Origin: Moniliella sp. 'wahieum'
Taxonomy: Eukaryota
Direction: 5' to 3'
Assembly (NCBI GenBank): GCA_003971905.1
Contig: RSEE01000010.1
Coordinates: 310,001 to 374,000, forward strand
DNA length: 64,000 nt
Positions 13,240 through 23,704 of this stretch are shown here, one piece after another (positions within the stretch are counted from its first letter, which is position 1; every line of letters starts with the position of its first letter). The position numbers and the translations under genes are program-made. The notes below the pieces were generated by a model. The model searched no databases. It was not told the DNA's origin and worked only from the letters and a program-made list of their open reading frames with translations.

Positions 13240-14438
13240 GCCGCACGTGGTGGAAAAGAAAGTGGCGATGGTGGTATTCGCTTGGGATTTGGTGAGTCGA
13301 GCGGACCAACACGGACTTTTGTGGTGTTGGAAAAAAAACCTTGCGGTCGTGACTGACACATTGCATGCGGAGCGCCTGCCCTGTGCTGCCGGATCCATGA
13401 TCATCGCATCGATCAAGTCCGTGCTCGCAATGGTGTAGGGTTATGGCAATCTATATCTAAGTGCATGGCAATGATATCATTTCCGAAGAGCGAGATGGCA
13501 GTGCTACACCAACCACCCTTGCCCTACCCTCTTGCGCCTGCAGTCGTTTGTAGCGGGTTTCGCACCACTTGTAGCTGGTAGTACCTTCAGCAGTTCTGTA
13601 CGCCCGGCGCCTTGTCCTGGTGCCCAAAAATCAGCTTAATCGGAGTGTGTGAACGACGGGGATGAGCAAAGAGGAAACATATGCGCAGTGGACGGCAGTA
13701 AATTTTTGAAAGGTGAGATCTGAGAGGGCAAGCATTTGCGGCCGTGTGTAGTATGCACCCGTTTCAAGAATCGTTTTCTTGAGGACATATGGGTCCATCT
13801 GCTGAATGGAATGCGCCAACTATACAAGCTTGGATCTCGCACAAATTATTGTATGGTGGAAAGCCCACAGACACCAGTGCTCCCATATGGCACGACTAGA
13901 GTGTTGTGTGCCCATCAGGTTTTGTCACAGAATTGAACTCACTACCTGACGAGCGCTGAGGACAACACGGAACAGCACTCTGTAGTAAATCCGGTAAAAG
14001 CTGTAGATGAAACCGTTGCGAGCGCGTGAGAGGTCAGCCTGATGTCGCATAATGACCTCACCCCGCTCGAGAGACACTCCATAACACCGGCAACGGATAT
14101 GAAGTTGGCTTGAATGGACCGGATATGACTCTGACTCAGTCTTCCCCCGCTTGGAGACAAGAAAAACGTGACGACATAGCTAATCGAAATTTCTAGTCAC
14201 AACGTTGCCGCCGATCTCGCCTCAAGGTGAGAAATTGATACCGTGAGTCTATGATTAGAAGTGCCACAACCCTGTACAAGAAAAGCTTGCGCAAGATGGT
14301 CGCCAAGGTCGAGACAATCTATACCCGACAGCTTGGCCCCAGGTTACCCCCACCTATCCCCACCTATCCCCGGACAGTCCGCAGCCTTGCTGGCAGGCTG
14401 GTGGCAAGGCTAGCCACAGATATTTTCACTAGGCTGGC

Positions 14439-14496
14439 GGCTAGGGTGGTGGCTAGGGTGGTGGCTAGGGTGGTGGCTAGGGTGATGGCTAGGGTG
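14439..14496 (+). repeat. Subterminal 12 bp tandem repeat (GGCTAGGGTGGT) x ~5
   Basis: Read directly from the sequence; about 260 bp inside the left TIR. Confidence 0.9.
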
Positions 14497-14672
14497 CCAC
14501 GATGCTATCAGATCAGGCAGTGGATTATCTTTAAAAGCATGCATTGCCATGGTTGTTTAGACACAGAGACGTAGAGGAGCGCCAAGGCAACGGCAGGTTG
14601 TTCGAGGAGCCTCGGGACGGCGGCAACCACAGAAGCTTTGCCTTCGTCGTTTAATCGCGGACCAAAAACATC

Positions 14673-17600
14673 ATGGGGACGCCGAGATGATAGGGATAGA
14701 AGGGCAAAGAACAAGAGCCATACAACTTGCGGCGTGGGGGCGAAGCGTCGTCGCGTTCGAGAGGGAGAATGAGTCCCGCAACCATACGGCGAACGATGAT
14801 CTGTGTGCAAGCCAGCACATGTTCTGTGGTCGTTTCCTCAACACTTGAGCGCCTTCTCCAATCATCCTGCTTAAAGGCGTTGTCAGTATATGGGCGGATA
14901 AGGACAAAGCGCAGGTACTGACCTGGCCGGGGAAACCGTCGCCGTCGACCGTCCGCTCGAAGCGCCCCCGTCGTTGATCTTCAACTCGCCTGCGGGAGGT
15001 ATGACCGGCATCTTGGCGCAAAGGATATCAGGGATCGCCAGGCGTTGCCGACTCGGTTCCGGTGGCTGCGCGTAGGTCAGTCAGTACGACAGGCATCCGC
15101 CCGGAGGGCGTGGACATACCGAGGCCAGGCGCTAGCACAGTAGCGCGTCGGCGGGGGGGCATATAATGGCAGCGCAACGAGCCGGACACATGTCACCAGC
15201 TCCGGTAGCACAGTGTGGCCAGCGAGAGAGGGGCGGTGGCGGTGGTGGTGGTAGTTGAGAGGCAAGAGCATCGGCGCAGCTGCGTGCGGTTATAGGCGCA
15301 ACCCCCGGTGGTCCACCGGCGGTCCACCCGCATGGCGCCAGTGTTGCCCCCGCACGCCACCGCCAGCTCAAGGCGCCCACCTGCAGCCTGGGCGTTTAGT
15401 ATATATATAGAGTTTTTTAAGCTACGCACTTGAGATAGTCGTGACGCGTGACAGCAGCTATATACAGCACTATACTCCAGTCCAACCGTCTCGTTGCGAG
15501 AGAAGACACATTCGCACAAGTCGCGGGCAAGAGCGAAGGGAAATTGCCTCTTTACTCGCTCAACAAAACTAAAAGGCAATCGAGAAGGTGTGCCCGCCTC
15601 GTGTGCATCGAGCAGATTGTATCAGGAGACGATGTACATTGGGTCTCCTTCGGGCGAGACCGCATTTTCCACCTCGTACATGTCCTCGAACTCGTCCATG
15701 CGCTCCAAGATGTCACAGTATCCCAATCCCTGGTCGCTCAGGGCGATGGTCCAACCCCTCAAGGACGGGTTCATTGAACAACCACACAAGGGACGATGGG
15801 ATCTGATCGGCACAAGGACTCAGCCGATGGTCATGGTCAATAAGCATCCACGCGATCTGGCTATTCACATGTACCTTGGCGAATCTGTTCCCCTGGTCGG
15901 CATTTTCGCGCCTATCTTTCCCGTCTTGTGGCAACGCGACGCTGATAGCGACTCCTGGTACGGGATCGGAATCGACCTGGTCCAAGACGAGACGTCCAAC
16001 CTGCTGAAGTTCACCGGCAAGAGAGGACACGCGCCTTCATTCTTACTCAGGTGGACATAACCAAGTTGCGCCTCTATGACGACTATACCATTGGTAAGTT
16101 TTTTCGCTCTTCACGCAGCGGCATTTTCTTGTCGGGTTGACTGATGACTTCCACATCCTGGTACGACACAGGAACAAGGGACGGTGAGGAAATTGGGAAG
16201 GGCGTCAATCCCCTTCGAGCCAAGACCTGTGGCCGAGCTCTGGTCTGTCTCCAGCTGGTGGGCTGGGCTGATGGTTTTGCAGGCAATGTGTCCAATCGGC
16301 CAAGCTCTCTGAACGGCATATGCTGCTGAACAACATGCACGTTTTACGGTTGTCGCAGTCTAGATGGGCAAAGAACCTTTTCCTCTTTGCATCGGAAACG
16401 GCCAAGTCTCTCTTCCCGTTGTGCGAGCAGTTGGTAAAACAGCTAGAGTGAGTATCGCAGTCTAGGCCAAGTTGCCTTTGAAGTCACCGTGATTCCTGGC
16501 AAAAGCAGCATGCTAACGTCTTTTTCGAACTTGCAGGCAGTATCACGAAGAGCTCATCCCTGTCTGGGATTCGACCACCGAGGGATGGATCCTGTTGTAC
16601 AGCCCGTGCTGCAGATGATAAAGGGCGACAACGTGGCCGCGAACGAGATGTGCTTCCATATGGACATGACTGCCCACGTGTGCTGCCGTTTTTGCGATTG
16701 CGGATGGCAACGGGGAACGAATATGTTGCCGGAGAACGCGGCTGACTGTCTGATGCGTATACGACACCACTGGTGTTACTGTTGTGCATCAAAATGGGAC
16801 TGACTATTACCGGCGGACACATCAAGTCGGAAGGCGATCTACATTCAAGTGTCGAAACTAGCCGCGAAGTCGATCACCAACTCGACATGGTCGTCAAGAA
16901 CGACGGCCGTGTCGACGACCGGGCGAGCCAGACCGGGGTTAAGTATATGAAAGACGTATCCTTTATCCTGTTCAAGTCCCGCAAGACTCTGGAGGACTCA
17001 GCAGGGGCGACGAATGGCAAGAAGCGCAAGAGGCTGCTTTCCAATTTGTACTCCGGCGTTCGTGAGCTGCTGGATGGGTTCAAGAATAACGGCTACGTGT
17101 TCAACCCCCTTTTGACTGTCCACGAATGGCAGGGGTGCTCGAGTTTCTCGGTCGGCAACAAGAGCCTGGCGATCGACGTCATGCACACAGTTCTCCTTGG
17201 GCCAGTCAAGGCCTCGATCGAGCTGCTGACGGACTCGAACTTCGACAAGGGGCCCTCGCTAGCGCTGTGGCTGGATTCGCTCTCAACTCGTGGGTATGGA
17301 ATCGGTGGGTCGACGGCTCAATGGCACTAAAGTGGTTCACAGCATGCGCTCAGTCACGGGGGTTGACTACAAGATATTGTGCCAGACTCTCCCTCTGGTG
17401 CTGCCCAACTTGGCGGCCACGCTACGGTTGGACTCCGCCAAGCCTGGCGTCACGGAAACGGCGCGACAGAGACTTCTGAGCAAGATTGAGAGGCTGGAGA
17501 ATGTCCGCAAGAGCATTGTGGCCGCCACACGCATTAAGTGGTTTGCTACATCGATGGCTTCGCACTTCAAGACCGGGCTACATATGGCGTACGTCTGAAA

Positions 17601-19030
17601 CTGTTAGCTCTCATGGGCCCGTGATCATCTCTCTAGTCCAAGTTCACAGCTTACATTTTGCCCCTACATATGTGCCCACAGGAACTGCTTGACAAGGCGG
17701 TGATTCACATTTTCATGGCCATCGCTGCCATCGACCCGGCCATGCTCGTTCGTCGCCCCAAGTTCCACCTTCAGAGTCACCTCTCCAGCAGGCGCTGTTG
17801 TGGGGTCCTCTCAAGAACGCTGACACACAGCGTGAGGAGGAGTTTGTCCGCGTCATGCGCAAGGCGGTCATATTTACGAACCGCAAAAAGATATTTGCCA
17901 TGACTTGAACTACAAGATAACAGCCCAGAGAACCTGCAAAACCTGCTATGTGGAGGGCGGGCAATCGACATGCCGCTTGCAAAACTCGTGCCCCGCGATA
18001 CAACCCCTGATGATGAAAAGGGGAGGAGGTGACACAGGGTTTGCCCGGTGGGAACACCAAGAAATTGTCCGCAGACGTCTGGATCGGCAGGGGCCCAGCA
18101 GATTTTTGCAATTGAATGTTACACCACCTCAGGCTGGCACGACGATTCAGCTCTTGGGCCAAGGGCTTGGCAGTGTGTGGCAAGTCCCTCCCGCACCCGG
18201 TACGGGCCGCAACAGCCCTTCCAGCGCTGCATCGTGTCCGGCTTCGATCCAGACTGTGGCTAAGGCCAAAGTCATATCGGTGCACGACAAGATGGGGCTT
18301 CCTGAACCAATGACAGCAGAGGGGTGTTCTGCCACTGGGCCGGTCGAAGATATTGTCGACATGCCGTTGGTCCGCGTACAGCATGGCCAGCTTTGTGCTA
18401 GGGGGGACTGGGTGCTTGTTGCCCAACAGGATATTGGTGAAGTCCTCCCACCCCGCCATGCCCAGAATCCTGATACGCCGCCCTTCTCCATTGGCCGGAT
18501 AGAACACATTGCCGCCCAACGGCCTAATATGTGGTTGCTGTGCACCGGCGGGCCAATCCGACTCTCGCGAGGGGGGTCGGGAGCAGCGAGGACTGGTTCC
18601 AACCTTGTGCTCCCTGTGCTTTGGGTCAAGGTCGCTTTGGCTCGCATCATGCCTATCGACTCGGCATATGACATGCGAGGCCTGGAGCTACCGCGCGTCC
18701 GCCCGACGCATGACTTACATTCCGGCTTCGCAGATCCACACCATCTTTGGCCCGCTTAACGTCCAGCACAATTGCGTGAAGGCCAAAAAGTGCCGGGTTG
18801 TCCCCAACAGCATTACGGATACAACCACTGGCTTGACGTCCGATGGGCTCCAGCACAACTTGTCTGCGACGTCGGCGTACAGCGCTACTTGCTCAACCAC
18901 TTTTCAACTCTGTCTCTCTCCCCACACCGATATTCTGCGACTTGGGGACTTGGCTTTTGCCCAGGACTGGGCGGTCGAGGGTGAGAATGTCCCTTCTGCG
19001 ACGATGTATTGGAGGCAGTACAATCCGTAA
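14673..19030 (+). pseudogene. Interrupted, intron-containing transposase (EnSpm/CACTA-like fungal family)
   Basis: Colinear fragments VCLQLVGWADGFAGNVS, IKGDNVAANEMCFH..CCRFC, NPLL..DVMHTVLLGPVK, GVDYKILCQTLP, RPKFHL, DTQREEEFVRVMR..FTN, GDWVLV..IGRIEHI, NVQHNC..KC and YLLNHF. Likely introns at about 16094-16170, 16449-16536 and 17589-17680. Many frame breaks; start and end are approximate. Confidence 0.72.
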
Positions 19031-19921
19031 TGAACCTTTAGATCCTTCCCGAATGGCCACTAATGATGGTAGTCACCACTGTTGATGTATACTCTACACC
19101 ATCAGTCTATCAGTTTTTAACGATTTGGCTGAAAGCGGACACAGCACGTGTGGCTGTCCAAAGATTGCCAAATTGCTGCGGGAGTCTTAGGCTCCAATGG
19201 TGCAACGGCCAATTCCTACTGTTGGCTGGAGAAACCTCAGGTTCAATTCGTGGGTGGGCCATCTTTTTAAGATGGCTCGAGGCTGGCCGCCGTTCACAAT
19301 ATTGTGATTAGAATAGCGGGCAAGGTTGTGACGAACTTTATAGGCAGCAATCTAGGGACAACCTCGCTGGGCGGCCTTGCCGCAGTGTGGTCCAAGAGGT
19401 TGGGGCTAGCTGTGTTGGCGAGGCTGTGACAAGGTTGTGCCCCTCAAATCTAAAGACAAGCTGTGGTGTGGCCGGCAAGGTTCTGGGCTAGAAATTTCGA
19501 TTAGCTATGGAGATTCATGCTGTGAGAGGTGAAGAGAAGGGCAGATGTATACCGAGAGGACGAGGGACGATGCAGGGCTTTGGGTTAATCTGGGTTCGAG
19601 CCTTGTTTGCAGCATTAGTTGGGCATTGGCACTGGTAGTCATCGGTTTTTGCTTACATTGAGAACCAGACTTCAAGGAGTGGCATTTCCTTTCGTCCGAC
19701 CTGGAGAACCGACATGTGAAACCCTTACTAGTAGTACTTAGTCCACAGTGAGTATCAGATGCTGACCGCTTTCTACTGGAAGGTTACATAAACGCTCACG
19801 CTGAATGGCGTGTAGGAGATGCAGTATAATTACACAAAATGTCATGAAGAGTCCTTGGAGATTGGGAGCGGGAGGGGATGGAGAGTAAGGAAAAAAGGTT
19901 CATAGGAAAGAAGCGTAATAC

Positions 19922-21511
19922 TTAATGGGGGCAAATGGAATCGGGTCCCGCGTCGGGAAAGAGACCATACCTTTCCGACGAGTCGGGCACATACCAAAAA
20001 ACCACGGCCGCGATGATCCAGCAACACATGAGAATGTACCCCTCTAGCCAGTTAGCTCTCCCATCCGAAATGGCCGAGTTGACAATCAGAACGGAGATGA
20101 AAAGGAAAATTGAGACAAAGGGATCGAAGAGGAGGCTGAGAGGTTTGTTTCCACACCAGGCGATCACCACACACAGTGGGATCACAAAGATAGATATTTG
20201 GATGGAGGATCCCACTGCCACGCCCATTGAGAGGTCCAGCTTGTTTTTTACAGCGACCGTGACCGCCGTGACGTGTTCGGTCGCATTTGAGACGATGGGC
20301 AGGATGATCAATCCGATCCACGTCCGCGACGCACCTGAGGCGGCTACCGCATCGATCGAATCGACAAGCCATTCGCACGTGACGCCAACCAAAGCCGTCG
20401 AGACACAGAGCGTACCAAACGCCACCCACGACGAAATTTGGGGCGTCACCTCGTCCTCATCCTCGCCCTCTTCCCCATCTGCCTTTGTCTCGGCTTTCCC
20501 ACCCTCGAACATGTACTTGTGAGAGGAGAGGGTGAAGTACAAGTACGCCAGATACACGGTGAGGATGATCACACTGACACCCCTGGAGAATTGGAGGACC
20601 TTCAAGCGCTCCGACGGGTCGGGAATGTTGGGACCCAGGATCGCATGGTATCCCGGTGGAGTGAGAATGGATAGGGTGGCCATGACGAGTAGACTTGAGT
20701 TGAGCTGGGCCGCAGAGGCATGGAATCGCTGTTCCTTGTATTTGATTCCACCAGCAAAGAAACACATACCCAAGACAAGAAGCAAGTTGGAGAGCACACT
20801 GCCTACAAGTGAGTTTTGGACAATGCCCAATTGACATTGAAAGAGGGCAATAATAGCCGTGATGAGTTCTACTGCGTTGCCCAGTGTCGCATTGAGAAGT
20901 CCACCCAACGTATCGCCCACTCTCAGAGCAATCTCCTCGGTACCAAAAGCCAATAGTTGAGCCAGCGGTACGATGGCGAGAAAAGCGACAACAAAAACGG
21001 CCACACCATGAGTTTTGCGGTCGTGGGAATCTTCGGGCTTGCCCGCGTCTTGCGAATCAAAGGCGAAGTGCAAGGCCCAGGAGATGGGGATGCACAACAA
21101 GAGCACGTTTAGCCAGCTCAAAAAAACTACGTACTTGATACTCTCCCAGTGTCCGGGGGACGGTGCCACAGGGCGATCGGGGGTTAGAAGCTCAGTAGCT
21201 GTGCGACCCAAGCGATGGGTGCTAAAAAAGCTGTCGGCCGTCGCGCGGCGCGGGATTCCAGCCCCTGGACCACCCAAGCCGGGGGGACCAATGCTGTCAA
21301 CGCCGGTACCGATACGTTGAGGCGTATAGATGTGGGGTGGGGGGAGGATGGAGGTCAGATGGGCGCGCGAATTGGTTGCTGCTGTGGTTGTGGTTGTGGT
21401 GGCAGTGACAGTGGCATTGGCATTGACGCTGGCATACGCGCCTGCGCCTGCGTTGAGGTCCTCGATACACGGGGGGTAAGGCTTGGTCGACACACGTGGG
21501 GGGAAGTGCAT
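19922..21511 (-). CDS. VCX1: Vacuolar Ca2+/H+ exchanger (CAX family)
   Basis: Intronless 529 aa ORF with alpha-repeat motifs GGLLNATLGNAVE and LPIVSNATEH, plus LVGSVLSNLLLVLG, VGSSIQI, DGRANWLEG and an acidic central loop. Confidence 0.96.
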   Translation of the reverse strand: MHFPPRVSTKPYPPCIEDLNAGAGAYASVNANATVTATTTTTTAATNSRAHLTSILPPPHIYTPQRIGTGVDSIGPPGLGGPGAGIPRRATADSFFSTHRLGRTATELLTPDRPVAPSPGHWESIKYVVFLSWLNVLLLCIPISWALHFAFDSQDAGKPEDSHDRKTHGVAVFVVAFLAIVPLAQLLAFGTEEIALRVGDTLGGLLNATLGNAVELITAIIALFQCQLGIVQNSLVGSVLSNLLLVLGMCFFAGGIKYKEQRFHASAAQLNSSLLVMATLSILTPPGYHAILGPNIPDPSERLKVLQFSRGVSVIILTVYLAYLYFTLSSHKYMFEGGKAETKADGEEGEDEDEVTPQISSWVAFGTLCVSTALVGVTCEWLVDSIDAVAASGASRTWIGLIILPIVSNATEHVTAVTVAVKNKLDLSMGVAVGSSIQISIFVIPLCVVIAWCGNKPLSLLFDPFVSIFLFISVLIVNSAISDGRANWLEGYILMCCWIIAAVVFWYVPDSSERYGLFPDAGPDSICPH

Positions 21512-23704
21512 CGGTGGTGGGCCACACGGAGGGGAGGGTGGGTGCGTAGATGTATGCGAGAGGCTACGCTAGTCGAGTGGTGGTGGTGGCGTTGGGCGCT
21601 TCGCCTGAGCCTAAGCTCTAAGATCTAAGGCCGGGCCGCGGCCTACCGCGGCGCAGCAGAGTGACGGCATGGAACCTGGCGCGTGCAAAATTGAAACTAT
21701 TCGTCCTGTCATTTAACAATTCACAGTTGCGCGCCGCCTGGGTCGTGTAACACTGCCGCACATCGTCACGCTTTCCAAGCGCAGGCCGTGAGCGTGGCGC
21801 CTCTCACCACGATGCATGATGGTACTTTGGCTTTACAAATACAATGGCTCGCCCCACTGGGAACATTTCCCATATCCATTCACCATATACTAGTGCAAGG
21901 GCAACAATAAAACCAAGAGATAAAACCAAGAGATGCTGTTCGTCCTGTACTAGGACGCACCGACATTGTGTCCGCTTTTGTCATGAAGCAAATCAAAATG
22001 TATACAAGGGCAGACTGTCAAAAAGAGTGGCTACTTGTATTATACCGCGCTTCAATTTCCTACGACTCTCCACATCACGCGACAGCCGCTGTGGCTCTGG
22101 GGGATTCCTCCAGAACAGTGTTCTATGCCATCGAATCTCTGATTCCATGACAGAAGGGCGTATCAGTGGATACGCGCCCCCCCCCCCCCCAACTGCCTCA
22201 GGCCTCAAGCTTCAAGTCACCGTCTCTCTCCTGCGATGTCCTGGTTCTATCTTTCCGCAAGAAGACCAGCAGCAACGTCCTAGTCGCATCATGCATCATG
22301 CACCACCCATCAGTTCAGACAACATGATGCATTGCATTTGCATGACAATATTTGTTTCTTCGTCCCACACACGGTACTATATTCGGCACGCAGCATCACA
22401 TGCCATTTTCGTTTGACGACTTTTGCGCGCGTTCAACTGGTCACCGTGACCGTGGCCTGCCAACATGTCAGCTACCAACCTGACCAACCCGGTCAACTGA
22501 CCTTTCCATGAACACCTTTTCTCTCCTCCGGCCTTGCATCAGTGCATCAGCTCGAGAGAGGGAAGCCGCGCCCTACCGGCTACCAGAGGAGCGTGCTGAG
22601 ACCTAGCCGACGCGTCGACGCGTGAACGCCTCAACGTTCAGCACGTTCAACATTCAATATTCAACGTTCGACACGTCCAACGTTGAACATCCCGTGAACT
22701 GCCATGCTATGATGAAAAGACCATGCTTGAGACGTTTTGGCTTGGTTTTGCTCCATGGGGTGGGTTGGCGTGGCTTTTGTTGACTGGGTGATCCTTCGAC
22801 TAAAGACTCGGCTGCATTAGCATTAGTGACCGGCTCTTGTGCATGTGAAAAGCCGTGACGCGTGACGCGTGACGGTGAGCTGGGCGGGTGCTTTTCATGG
22901 CTGGTTTGCGAGTTGCTTGCCATCAGACGCGTCCCAAAAGGATGGAGGATGCCAACCTCAGCTGGATACTTGTAGCACTGGCACTGAAGCTTGAAGCCTC
23001 ACTGGGGCCTGAGGGATCGATAAAGCTAGTCAGGTCGATCGGAACAAGGACAGGGACAAGAACATGAGACGGGTGTTGGGGCACGTCAAAAGACACCGCG
23101 GCGGCGAATCCAACACGTGTGGTCACCAGTGTCACGTGACGCGTTCGGGGGCAGGTGACAGTGACAGTGACATGTGATGTTGGTGTCACAGTGGGCCAGT
23201 GGCGGGCGCTGCGTTGGCAGGCGCTGCGCGTTGCTCCGCGGTGGATAGTGGGCAGCGGCGATGGCTGGCGCGGAGCGAACGGCGAGCACAGCCGCCAGGC
23301 AGCCCCTTGCAGCTTGCAGCCCTCGCGCCTGGCAGCCCTTTTGCGGCGAGAGAGGCGTGTGGCGGATTAGCTAAGAGCGCGTCCGCGTGGCTGGGCATTC
23401 AATTCCAGTTCCATCTGGCGCTTGCGCGGCGCAGCGCTGGCGTGGCCGCATGCTGAACGTTGAACGTCAACTACTGAACGTTCAAGTGCGTGCCGCACGC
23501 AGCGTTGAAGTTCAACTGGACGCGCAGCCAACAAGCCAGCACAAGCCCCGCCAGCGTCCGCTCGCCACACACGCCGCCGCCGACACCAGCAGACCGACAG
23601 CCACGCGGCAGCCCTTGGTGCCCTCGCCTCGCCCCCGCTCTCCGCCTCCTCTCCACCACCCCGTGCGCGAGTGCAAGCGCGGCCCGCGCACCGCTCGCAC
23701 ACCC

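Larger units (their letters stand above)
14175..19509 (+). mobile_element. 5335 bp TIR DNA transposon, CACTA/EnSpm (CMC)-like
   Basis: Perfect 22 bp TIRs CATAGCTAATCGAAATTTCTAG (14175-14196) and its reverse complement (19488-19509). GA flanks both ends (2 bp TSD). Subterminal CACAACCTTGCC-like repeats and internal transposase fragments. Confidence 0.9.

Noticed and set aside
14173..14196. The CACTA-like element as the source of the heptamer footprints
   Set aside because: Its apparent TSD is 2 bp, which does not explain a constant +7 bp with a 5 bp direct copy. It is not excluded, but nothing supports it.
17905..18759. 284 aa ORF as an independent cargo gene in the transposon
   Set aside because: It is colinear with upstream and downstream transposase fragments (GDWVLV, IGRIEHI, then NVQHNC), so it is best read as the transposase C-terminal region.
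22856..23180. TGAC/GTCAC clusters as ordinary bZIP or bHLH binding sites
   Set aside because: Some may bind factors, but this does not explain the palindrome-general spacers or their gain inside LTR relics.
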